In this document: positions 9,701-17,692 of the stretch, piece by piece
How positions within the stretch are numbered: the stretch's first letter is position 1
How the letters are laid out: every line of letters begins with the position of its first letter
DNA from: Archangium sp.
GTDB lineage: Bacteria; Myxococcota; Myxococcia; Myxococcales; Myxococcaceae
Reading direction: 5' to 3'
Assembly (NCBI GenBank): GCA_031367385.1
Contig: JANLPS010000316.1
Location: 1-38,314, forward strand
Length of the DNA stretch: 38,314 nt
Notes under the pieces: model-generated
The model's input: the letters and a program-made list of their open reading frames with translations, nothing else
What the model was told of the DNA's origin: nothing
Databases searched by the model: none
Program-made: the position numbers and the translations under genes

Positions 9701-9960
9701 CCGTACTGATGACCGCGATGGCGATGGCGCTCGGCATGTTGCCGATGTCGCTCGGGCTCTCAGAAGGCGGAGAGCAGAACGCGGCCCTCGGTCGCGCCGT
9801 GCTCGGAGGCCTGGGCGGGGCCACCATCGCCACGCTTTTTCTCGTGCCCATCACCTACAGCCTGCTCCGCCGCACAGCGCACCAGCCCACCACTGACCCG
9901 GAGTTGGCCGAGCCCACAGACGCGGCCCCAAAGCTCGCCTTCGCCCGGGAGATTTCATGA
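6763..9960 (+). CDS. RND efflux permease (AcrB/AcrD/AcrF family)
   Basis: 1065 aa with two TM bundles; AVGILVDDATVEIENI, GVATANSILVV and RLRPVLMT motifs. Confidence 0.96.
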   Translation: MWIVRLALRRPYTFVVLALVLMIGGIQVISKTPTDILPNVDIPVISVVWTYTGLPAQQMEQQLTQFSEFSIAGNTAGISNVVSETYDGVSVIRVFLHPGTDVAAAMAQITAASQTILRRMPPGTIPPIILRYSASSVPIVQLAFTSDTLSEAEIFEHANNRVRTALSVIPGTRFPFPAGGKQRQVVVDLDPQALRQYGLSPQDVNLAVASQNLTLPTGSTKVGEREYRFGMNSSPEAISALNDIPVRRSDGRTVFLRELAWVHDGFAVQTNIARRDGQRAVVLSVMKTGEASTIEVAHQVRALLPTLQAAAPEGLTIELLADQSTFVSHSIEGLLVEGLIAAALTAAMILIFLGSWRSTVIVAVSIPLSVVASLIGLRALGHTVNAMTLGGLALAVGILVDDATVEIENIHRNLAMGKPLTRAILDGAQQIAVPAFVASLAISIVFVSVVFLEGPARFLFLPMGLAVAFAVMASYLLSRTLVPTMVKFLLAAEVGHEPQTLGFFGRLHARFERGFEAARDAYVGFLGAALARPKTVLAVFASLVVGAGMLALFVGRDFFPKIDAGKLRLHVVAPAGTRIEETEAYFADVERAVSELIEPADRTLMLDQIGAPGGYNLAITDSANVSSNDGELLVVLSDARTHSTQDYERILRRELPTRFPQLQFYFQPADIVTQILNFGLPSAIDVQISGQKRDLTYAAARKLETALQKVPGLVDVRLHQQVDAPKFQFEVDRSRAAEVGLTQRDIANNVLLAVSSSGQVAPNFWSDPKTGLSYAVAVQVPEQRIDSVDSVLGIAVPTPKGPQLLGDLGQVTRQRTQVFISRVNVQPTFNVRADVQDVDLGAVAGPLHALETEVRKTLPPGATITIRGQLESMESAFWSLGLGLLVAGLLVYALMVINFQSWLDPFIILTALPGAAVGIVVSLFVTQTTFSIPSLMGAVMSIGVATANSILVVTFANSVRAEGLNSVQAALEAGRVRLRPVLMTAMAMALGMLPMSLGLSEGGEQNAALGRAVLGGLGGATIATLFLVPITYSLLRRTAHQPTTDPELAEPTDAAPKLAFAREIS

Positions 9961-11120
9961 ACGCCGAACCAAAGATGGACGATGCGGTGCCCACTCCTCG
10001 ACGCTCGTCGCTGCGCTGGGGCTTCGGCCTCGCGCTCACGGTCGGGCTGCTCGGCTTCATCGGCGCTCGCCCGAAAGTCGAGAAGGCCGCTCTGGTTGAA
10101 GCGCAACATCAACGGGCGCTGGCTCCGAAGCGGGTGCCGACCGCGAAAGCGACGCGAGGCCCCGCGGCCTTCGAGCTCACCTTGCCCGGCTCGGTCGCTG
10201 CGTTTCAGAGCAGCGTGGTCTACTCGCGTGGTGCCGGGTTCGTGCGGCGCTTCTATTTCGACCTGGGAGACAAGGTGAAGGCCGGGCAGGTGCTCGCCGA
10301 CATCGAGTCTCCCGAGGTTGACCAAGACCTGAACCGCGCGCGCGCACGCGTCGAAGAGGCCGAAAAGAACGAGACCCTGAGCAAGGCCATCACCGAGCGC
10401 GCCGAGCGCCTGGCGAAAGAAGGCGTCTCGAGCCAACAGGTCGCAGAGGAGTCTCGCAGCCGACTCAACACCGCGAAGGCGTCGGTCGACTCGGCTCGCG
10501 CTGAACTCGACCGCCTGGGCGCCCTGCGGGGGTTCTCGAGAGTCACCGCCGGGTTCGATGGCGTCATCACCCGCCGGCTGGTCGAGAATGGCTCGCTGGT
10601 GAGCGCGGGCGTGACGCCGATGTTCGAGCTCGCGCAGGTCGAGACGCTGAAGGTCACGGTCGACGTGCCTCAATCGGCCGCTCCCTCGGTGGGCATCGGC
10701 ACCGCCGCAGTGGTGTGGTTGCCAGGCGCACCCGCGAAGACGTGGCAGGCGAAGGTGAGCCGCACCGCCGGGTCACTCGACCCCGCGACCCGCACGTTGC
10801 GCGTCGAGCTGTTGCTTTCGAACGATGGCGCGTTGCTGGCGGGCAGCTACGTGCAGGTCAAGCTCAAGCTGGAGCACTCTGGCACTCCGCTGGTGATACC
10901 CGCGAGCGCGCTGTCGGTGCGGGCCGAGGGGCCACGGGTGTGGTCGGTCGAGAACGGGGCCCTGACGCAGCGAACGGTACAGCTCGGCCGCGACCTGGGC
11001 AAAGAGATCGAGGTCGTCGCCGGGCTTGAAGAAGGTGCCGTGCTGGTCTTGAACCCGACTGACGCGCTCGCCGTCGGCGCGCAGGTCGACCCTGTCGAGG
11101 CGGTACCCCGTGGCAAGTGA
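9957..11120 (+). CDS. RND periplasmic adaptor (membrane fusion protein)
   Basis: ATGA overlap with the permease; N-terminal TM; GDKVKAGQVLADI, coiled coil, VTAGFDGVITRR and LDPATRTLRV. Confidence 0.95.
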   Translation: MNAEPKMDDAVPTPRRSSLRWGFGLALTVGLLGFIGARPKVEKAALVEAQHQRALAPKRVPTAKATRGPAAFELTLPGSVAAFQSSVVYSRGAGFVRRFYFDLGDKVKAGQVLADIESPEVDQDLNRARARVEEAEKNETLSKAITERAERLAKEGVSSQQVAEESRSRLNTAKASVDSARAELDRLGALRGFSRVTAGFDGVITRRLVENGSLVSAGVTPMFELAQVETLKVTVDVPQSAAPSVGIGTAAVVWLPGAPAKTWQAKVSRTAGSLDPATRTLRVELLLSNDGALLAGSYVQVKLKLEHSGTPLVIPASALSVRAEGPRVWSVENGALTQRTVQLGRDLGKEIEVVAGLEEGAVLVLNPTDALAVGAQVDPVEAVPRGK

Positions 11121-12399
11121 GCTGCTCGTCGCCGCGTTGATGCAGGCCCTCGTGGCGGTTGAGCCGATCGCGCCGCGAGCCGAGGCCGAACCGCAGGTGA
11201 TGACCGTCACGCTCGACCAGGCGATTGCTCAAGCCGTCGAGAAGAACCCCCGGCTGGCGCAGGCGCTGTCGATTGCAGAGCGGGCCGAGGCCTCGGCGGT
11301 CGGGGCGCGCTCGCAGTGGTTGCCGACGGCCTTCTTGAACGCGGGGTTCACCCAGCTCGACGCCAATCGGGTGTTGGCCGATCGCGTGCTGGTGCCTGCG
11401 ACCACCCTGGCGGCGAACCTGTCGATTCAGATGCCGCTGCTGGCGATCAACCGCTGGCTCGCGTCGGGTCAGGCTGAAGCAGCGCTCAAAGCCGAGCAAC
11501 TCGGCGCCCATGACATTCGCCGCTTGGTGACCGGGCTGGTCGCCCGCGCGTGGTTTCAGGTGCGCTTGCAGAGCCAGCTGGTCGAGGTGGCAGATCGCGC
11601 GGTGCAGACCTCGACCCGTCAGCTCGAGCTGGCCACGGTGCGGGGGCAAGGTGGGTTGGGCACCCGGCTCGACGTGCTGCGCGCCAGCCGTGAGCTCAAA
11701 GACAATGAGAACCGCCGCTCTCAGTCGCGCGCTGATTTGATCGCCGCGAAAGAGACCCTGGGCGCGGTGATGGGCCTCGAAGTGCCTGCGCAGGCCGCGG
11801 GAGAGCCGGGGTTGCCTTCAGCTCCGCTGACGAATGAGGTGCCGACCCTGGTGCGCGAGCGCGACGACGTGAAGGCGGCGCAGGGCCGGGTCGAGGTGGC
11901 CGAGCGGAGGGTCAACGAGAGCTGGACTGACTATTTGCCGTTGGTCGTGGGCGGGTTCACGCCGTTCGTGCAAACTCCGGCGACGCCGACGCAGCCGAAC
12001 GTGGGCTTCACCGCGACCGCGACGCTGAGCCAGCCGCTCTATGACGGGAGCGCGCGCTCGGCCTTGTACCGAGATCGCCGGGCCTCGTTGCACCTGGCCG
12101 AGGGGCAACGCGACGAGCTGCTGCAACGGGCGCTGGCCGATGCGCGCACCGCGCTGGCCCAGGTGACCGAGCGAGAACGGGGCGCTGCGGCGGCTTCGGA
12201 GTCGGCGAGCCTTGCGGCCGAGGCGCTCCAGCTGGCGCAGCTCTCGTATCAGCAAGGCGCGGGTACGAGCATCGAGCTGGTCGACGCCGAGCGCTCGGCG
12301 CGTGACGCAGCGACCAATGCGAGTACGGCGCAGGTGGTCTCTGAGCTGGCGCGGGTTGATTTGCTGGTCGCGACCGGTCGCTGGAGCCCGGCGAAATGA
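11110..12399 (+). CDS. TolC-family outer membrane efflux protein
   Basis: VTLDQAIAQAVEKNPRL, LSQPLYDG and YQQGAGTSIELVDAE motifs; third gene of the RND operon. Confidence 0.92.
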   Translation: MASELLVAALMQALVAVEPIAPRAEAEPQVMTVTLDQAIAQAVEKNPRLAQALSIAERAEASAVGARSQWLPTAFLNAGFTQLDANRVLADRVLVPATTLAANLSIQMPLLAINRWLASGQAEAALKAEQLGAHDIRRLVTGLVARAWFQVRLQSQLVEVADRAVQTSTRQLELATVRGQGGLGTRLDVLRASRELKDNENRRSQSRADLIAAKETLGAVMGLEVPAQAAGEPGLPSAPLTNEVPTLVRERDDVKAAQGRVEVAERRVNESWTDYLPLVVGGFTPFVQTPATPTQPNVGFTATATLSQPLYDGSARSALYRDRRASLHLAEGQRDELLQRALADARTALAQVTERERGAAAASESASLAAEALQLAQLSYQQGAGTSIELVDAERSARDAATNASTAQVVSELARVDLLVATGRWSPAK

Positions 12400-12416
12400 G
12401 CACGGGCCGCCGCGGC

Positions 12417-12458
12417 GCGAGGGGTGTCCGCGCGGTTGCGAGGGGTGTCCGCGCGGTC
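12417..12458 (+). repeat. 21-bp tandem repeat x2 (GCGAGGGGTGTCCGCGCGGTY)
   Basis: Copies at 12417-12437 and 12438-12458 differ at one base. Confidence 0.9.
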
Positions 12459-12488
12459 GAGCCGGGCGAAATGACCAGCTGCGCGACA

Positions 12489-12658
12489 GATCTCCGAGCT
12501 GGCGTGAGTCGCGACCGATCGCTGGAGCACGAAACGACCACGGTCCACCGCAGCGCGAGAGATCTCCGAGCTGGCGCGAGTCGCGACCCTAGCGCTGGAG
12601 CCGGCCGAAATGACGCGAGGTCTCCGACCTGGCGTGAGTCGCGACCGAGCGCTGGAGC
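12489..12658 (+). repeat. Three ~40-bp direct repeats derived from the tolC 3' end
   Basis: G(A/G)TCTCCGA(G/C)CTGGCGYGAGTCGCGACC..CGCTGGAGC at 12489-12528, 12561-12601 and 12619-12658; resembles tolC 12337-12387 with an internal deletion. Confidence 0.85.
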
Positions 12659-12665
12659 CTCGCGT

Positions 12666-13304
12666 ATGACGACGCCTCGCCGCGCTGGCCGGCCTCGCTG
12701 CAACGAGAGCCACCAGGCCATTCTCGACGCGGCGGTGGCGCTGCTCGAGCAGGGCTCGTGGCGAACGCTCACCATCGAGGGCATCGCGGCGAAGGCGGGG
12801 GTGTCGAAGCAAACGGTGTACAAGTGGTGGCCGACCAAGTCGGCGCTGGTGATGGAGGCCTACGCAGGCTCGTTCGGTGAATTTACGCCGGCGCCCGATT
12901 CGGGTGATTTCGCCGCCGACCTTCGCGAGTTCACCCGCCGCTCGCTGCGCACGTTGAGCCGGCCGTCGATGCTGCGGCCCCTGACCGGGCTGCTCGCCGA
13001 AGCGCAGTTCGACGACGATGTTCGCCGTGACATGCGAGAGCGGTTCTTGGCCGCTCGCCGCGTGCACTGGTACGAGCTGTTCAAGCGAGGCATCGCTCGG
13101 GGCGAAGTGCGCAAAGACGTCGACGTCGAGCTGACGTTGGACCTGCTCTTCGGCCCGATTTGGATGCGAATGCTCTTTCGCCACGGCAAGCTCGACGCGG
13201 CGCTGGCCGACGCGACCGCCGACCATGTGCTGCGCTCGATTGCGCCCCCCGCTCGCCGTGAGCGAAGGGCGAAGCCCGAAGTGGGTCGGACCAAATCGGG
13301 TTAG
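12666..13304 (+). CDS. TetR/AcrR-family transcriptional regulator
   Basis: GRPR…AILDAAVALL…LTIEGIAAKAGVSKQTVYKWWPTKSAL HTH; start placed at ATG 12666, with an in-frame ATG also at 12396. Confidence 0.93.
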   Translation: MTTPRRAGRPRCNESHQAILDAAVALLEQGSWRTLTIEGIAAKAGVSKQTVYKWWPTKSALVMEAYAGSFGEFTPAPDSGDFAADLREFTRRSLRTLSRPSMLRPLTGLLAEAQFDDDVRRDMRERFLAARRVHWYELFKRGIARGEVRKDVDVELTLDLLFGPIWMRMLFRHGKLDAALADATADHVLRSIAPPARRERRAKPEVGRTKSG

Positions 13305-14761
13305 AGCGGCGTCAGCGCACGCGCGAACACCTCGTCGGCGACCTTCTGGCCGACCGTGATGCCCGAGGTCTTGTCGAACACCCAGTGAATGCCCAGGTAG
13401 ATTCGGCTCTGGCCGTTCTCTTCTTCAGCCTGCGAGAGCTGGGTGTAGCTGCGCTTCACGACCGGGCGCGGGTTGCCGCTGCCGTCTTTGGTCTGGCCGT
13501 TGTACTCGTCAGACACGAAGTCGAATGCGATGTCATCGGTGCCATAGAAGTTGCGCAGCATCTGAAACAACGCGCCGCCAAAGCCCGCGTGACCTGACGG
13601 GTAGCTGGGAAACGGCGGCGTGAAGTTCGGGCCCTGGGCGTTCGACGCAGGCGCTCCGTACGGGTACCAGTTCGCATCGGCGACCAAGCTGCCAGTGCCA
13701 CCCGCGGCGCCGCGAATACCGCTGATGGGGCGCCAGAGGTTGTACTCGTACTTCGCGTCCCAAATGGCGATGCCGGTGTCGGCCATCGCCAGGTTGATCA
13801 ACGCGAGCAACCGCGCCAGCTTCACCGCGTCTTTCGAGGTACCCATCTTGTCGGCGATCACCATCGCGATCTGGTTGTACAGCCTCGGAGGTGCGCACAA
13901 GCTCGGGCGGCCGTCGTAGGCCCAGAACACGCCGATCTCGGTTTGCTCGGCGGTGCGGGTGGTTGCGGTGTGCGTCACGTCGCCACCGAGCTGCTTCACT
14001 TCGTTGAACGCGGCCGCGTATTCTTGCGAGTCGAGCGCGGGCGGCGGAGGCGGGCGAAACTGATCAGCTGACGCGATCACGAACGGCGTGACGTAGCGCC
14101 AGTAGTAGCCGAGCGCGACCTTGTTGCCGGTCAGCGGGTCGGGCTGCCACTGCCCCGGGCCCGTCACGAGTGGTACATCAGTGCCTACCTTCGGCTCCTT
14201 CGCCACCGAGCCGTCATTGATGCGCGAGGCGAGCACGAGCTGCGCTGCCTTGTGCCCCGCAGCGACGCCCGCTTCTTTCTCGGTCGAGCTCAGGGCGGCC
14301 ATGTCTTTTGAGAACTGCGTGTCGAAAGTCGGCGCTTGCGACGGGTACATCGCGACCAGCGCGTCGTGCGCGGCTGCGGCGACGGCGGCGGTGGTCGACG
14401 CGTTCTTCGCGTGGGGCATGCCGACGAGGCTGTTGTACTTCGTCGACGTCGCGTTCATTGCTTCGAACACCGCGAGCTGCACGATCGCAGTCGAGCGGCT
14501 CGCGCGCGTGGGCCCCAGCTGCTCACCAAAGACGCGCGCATCAGGCGGCGTCACCGGCGTGTGATCCAACCCCGTGGCGTCCATCGCCATCGTGTTCCAG
14601 TGGCGAATCATCGTGTAGGCGGTGACGTTCTTCAGCTCGGCTTCGGCCGCCGAAGTCTGGTCGACCGCCAGCGTTTCGTCGGTGCTGCTGTCGGGCACTC
14701 CACAACCAGTCACTGCGAGGAGACAACCGGCGTACAGCCCAACAACGCGTCTGACGTTCAA
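13301..14761 (-). CDS. Vanadium-dependent haloperoxidase / PAP2-superfamily lipoprotein
   Basis: Active-site motifs DAKYEYNLWRP (KX6RP), PFPSYPSGH and SRIYLGIHWVFD (SRX5HX3D); lipobox VTGC after a TTG start. Confidence 0.85.
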   Translation of the reverse strand: MNVRRVVGLYAGCLLAVTGCGVPDSSTDETLAVDQTSAAEAELKNVTAYTMIRHWNTMAMDATGLDHTPVTPPDARVFGEQLGPTRASRSTAIVQLAVFEAMNATSTKYNSLVGMPHAKNASTTAAVAAAAHDALVAMYPSQAPTFDTQFSKDMAALSSTEKEAGVAAGHKAAQLVLASRINDGSVAKEPKVGTDVPLVTGPGQWQPDPLTGNKVALGYYWRYVTPFVIASADQFRPPPPPALDSQEYAAAFNEVKQLGGDVTHTATTRTAEQTEIGVFWAYDGRPSLCAPPRLYNQIAMVIADKMGTSKDAVKLARLLALINLAMADTGIAIWDAKYEYNLWRPISGIRGAAGGTGSLVADANWYPYGAPASNAQGPNFTPPFPSYPSGHAGFGGALFQMLRNFYGTDDIAFDFVSDEYNGQTKDGSGNPRPVVKRSYTQLSQAEEENGQSRIYLGIHWVFDKTSGITVGQKVADEVFARALTPL

Positions 14762-15017
14762 GAGAACCTCGGGGGAAAACGAGTTGAATGAGCAGGTGCG
14801 TGTAAGTGGCCCGGCGTCGCACCGTCAAGATGGAGGGCGCACATTGCACTCTTCGCTCGTACGAATTCTCACTCGAGGTGAAGGCTGATGTGGGCAACGA
14901 GATTACACCGAGCGCTGTGAAGAAAAGCGCTCCACCGAGAAAGTTGAACCGCTGCGCGCAGAGCGAGTTGGCGACTTTGAAATTGAAGTTCGAGCAATCG
15001 CAGCCTTCACTTCGGCG

Positions 15018-17642
15018 ATGCGCATCGTGTGGGTCGTCGCCCTGGTCAGTTGCACCGTTTTCGCCGCACCTCCCGACGCGCCGGCCGATGCGCCTCCTGA
15101 GATTCGAGCGATCTTCGAGAAAATGCATTCGGGCAAACCGCCCACCATCGATGAGCAGACCGCGCTGCGAAATTGGATGGGCGCTCGCGCTCGCGGTGAA
15201 ACCCCGCGAAACGGGGTGCCCGCCGGCACGCTCGGCACGATGCCCGCCGATATTCAGGAGCTGCTCTCGAAGCAACGCCGCGGAGAGACACTCACGCCTG
15301 AGGACATCGCGAAGATACGCCGCTTCGGTGAACAGACCGACGCCAACAAAGACGCCATTCTGAGCGACCTCGAGCGAAAGAAGCGCGAGCTCGAGGCAGC
15401 AAGACCGACCGGCAATACCCAGCGCAGCAAGATCTTGGGGCCCTTGAAGGGGGAGCTGGTCATCACGCTGACCCAGAGCATGACCACCCGCTCTGGTCGC
15501 GACAGCGGTGACAGCTCGACCTCTGGCGGCATCACCGTGCCGGTCGAGTTTCGCATCTCGACCTTGGCCAAGCCGTTCGAATTTCTGCGCACCGTGCCCG
15601 ACGAGGCCTTCATGCTCGAGGCGTTGACCAAGGGCTCGACCGGCGCAACGGGCAGCGTGACCAACCACACCAGCGGTCATGCCGAGAGCATTACCACCGA
15701 CTCGACCAACTCGTTCATCGCCAGAGATGCGTTGATGGTGACCTCGAAGATGACGATCGACCCGAAGAAGAAGCGACCGAGCTGGGTGATCACCGCCGCC
15801 ATCACTGGCAAGTCGACCATCAGTGGCACCACCACCACTTCAGACGGCACTCACAGCCTCTCTGGCTCGAGCGACAAGGCCGGCGCGCCCTGGCAGGGCT
15901 TGACCATCGACAGCCTCGACACCTCTGCCGCCGCGCCAGGCCTCGCGGCGTACGGCGTCGACGTCGCCTCGATGCTGCCTGCGTACATCAAGAAGGCCAT
16001 CGACGACGCGACGGTGAGCATGCCGCTCGAAGCGCTGAAGAAGGGCCTGGCCAGCGGAGGTCGCTTCGAATTCGTGGCCAGCTCGACGTGGCAGCTCAAC
16101 GAGACCCAGGGCGAGGGCACCGCGCTGACCAAGACCAAGCTCGACGTCACCTACCGCTTTTTGAACGAAGCCCCCGAGCTCGACCTGTTCGTCGACTTCA
16201 AAGAAGACCTCGATTCGTGGCTGCCCAAAGCCGATCTCGAGAGCGTGACGACGCCCGGCAACGCGCTGCACGTGACCGCGCGCCTGGGAGCGAAAGACAG
16301 CGGGTACCTGCCCGCGCCAATGAAGATTCGCACCTTGACCTTCGAGCTCACCGACACCTCGAAGATCGATGGCCGCTGCCTCAACGTCCCGATTCCTCCC
16401 ACGAGCGACCCGTCTGACCTCGACTTCAAGTTCGCGGCGAACAACGGCAACCCCCACGAGCTGGTGGCCCCCGGCAAGCAGCGTCTGGTGGTGACGCCAG
16501 ATCAAGACTCCGGCCTGGCGACCATCGAGAGCTTCGACTTCGGCGGCTTTTCGGTGCTTACCGTGACCGCTGAGCTGGCCGACGGGCGAACGCTCAAAGG
16601 CCACCGCGCGAATCACGCCGAGACCGAGATCACCCTGCCCGACCGCGAGCCCGGCAAGCACATCGCGAAGGCCTGGCTCAAAGACAAGAACGTCTCGAGC
16701 GAAGACGAAGACGTCGAAAAACCGAAGTGGACGATCAACACCCACCCCGGTGACGGGTTGTCGGCCTACGAAGAATACCGGGGCGTGCGCATGAAAGACG
16801 GGCACCGCCGCCTCGACCCCGCCAAGCAGGAGCTGTTCATCGAGAACTTCATGGCCGAGAAGCCACGTGGCGGGTTCGCGAAGTTCAGCGGTCTGACCGA
16901 CGTGGTGATCGTCGAGCTCTCGTCGGGTCAGCTCGGGCCGGAGCGCATCGTCAATGCCAATGGCGCAGAGCATCGACTCGGCCGGCAACACGCGCTGCGA
17001 ATTCGCAGCAAGACCCTCGATGGCGACACCTGTGGAGAAGAGCCGCAGCTGACCAGCGGCCTGCCCTCATCGCCCAAAGACGCCGTCGTGCTGTGGCTCA
17101 AGGTTGACGCTCCGGGCGACATCAGCACCTGCGTCGCGCACGAAATCGGTCATGGCGTCGGCATGCTGCACCACGGCTTGTCGGAGACCCAATTCGACGG
17201 CGAGGTGAATCACCTGCTCGCTGGAGGCAGCATCGAGTGGCGAAAGTTCGACCGCAGCCTCCTCTACACCACCTGCGTTGGGGCCGGCTGCAAGCCCGCG
17301 CGCAGCGACGCGGCGGTGAAGTGGTTCGACGCCACTGGCCGCGAGGTGCCGCCGGTCTACACCATCGAGCAGCTGCGCACGTACCCGGTCGGAGTGCCCA
17401 ATGGCCCGGGCTCCGGCGACCTCGATTGTCTGATGTCGTACGGCGACTTCTACCAGGCGCGCTTCAACCCCACGGGCTCGACCGCCATTCTGTATTTGAC
17501 GCCCGAGCAGCCACCCCCAACGAAAATTTGCACCTCGGTTGCAGGCACTCACTACAACGAGAAATACCCGACCCTGTATTTTGGTGAAGCCAGCGGCCGC
17601 TTGGCGCCCTGCGCGGCACATCTGCGAATCAAGAGCTACTGA
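15018..17642 (+). CDS. Secreted 874-aa protein with C-terminal metzincin-type Zn-metalloprotease motif
   Basis: Signal peptide MRIVWVVALVSCTVFA; HEIGHGVGMLH (HExxHxxGxxH) and candidate Met-turn DCLMSY. Confidence 0.7.
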   Translation: MRIVWVVALVSCTVFAAPPDAPADAPPEIRAIFEKMHSGKPPTIDEQTALRNWMGARARGETPRNGVPAGTLGTMPADIQELLSKQRRGETLTPEDIAKIRRFGEQTDANKDAILSDLERKKRELEAARPTGNTQRSKILGPLKGELVITLTQSMTTRSGRDSGDSSTSGGITVPVEFRISTLAKPFEFLRTVPDEAFMLEALTKGSTGATGSVTNHTSGHAESITTDSTNSFIARDALMVTSKMTIDPKKKRPSWVITAAITGKSTISGTTTTSDGTHSLSGSSDKAGAPWQGLTIDSLDTSAAAPGLAAYGVDVASMLPAYIKKAIDDATVSMPLEALKKGLASGGRFEFVASSTWQLNETQGEGTALTKTKLDVTYRFLNEAPELDLFVDFKEDLDSWLPKADLESVTTPGNALHVTARLGAKDSGYLPAPMKIRTLTFELTDTSKIDGRCLNVPIPPTSDPSDLDFKFAANNGNPHELVAPGKQRLVVTPDQDSGLATIESFDFGGFSVLTVTAELADGRTLKGHRANHAETEITLPDREPGKHIAKAWLKDKNVSSEDEDVEKPKWTINTHPGDGLSAYEEYRGVRMKDGHRRLDPAKQELFIENFMAEKPRGGFAKFSGLTDVVIVELSSGQLGPERIVNANGAEHRLGRQHALRIRSKTLDGDTCGEEPQLTSGLPSSPKDAVVLWLKVDAPGDISTCVAHEIGHGVGMLHHGLSETQFDGEVNHLLAGGSIEWRKFDRSLLYTTCVGAGCKPARSDAAVKWFDATGREVPPVYTIEQLRTYPVGVPNGPGSGDLDCLMSYGDFYQARFNPTGSTAILYLTPEQPPPTKICTSVAGTHYNEKYPTLYFGEASGRLAPCAAHLRIKSY

Positions 17643-17692
17643 ACTGCTGGGTCGTCAGCGTCGCGGCAGGAGTGCTACAGCGGTCATCCCCG

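Noticed and set aside
12489..12658. Possible CRISPR array (three ~40-bp repeats with intervening sequence)
   Set aside because: The repeats are degenerate and derive from the tolC 3' end, the gaps are unequal (32 and 17 nt) and partly repetitive, and there are no cas genes or leader
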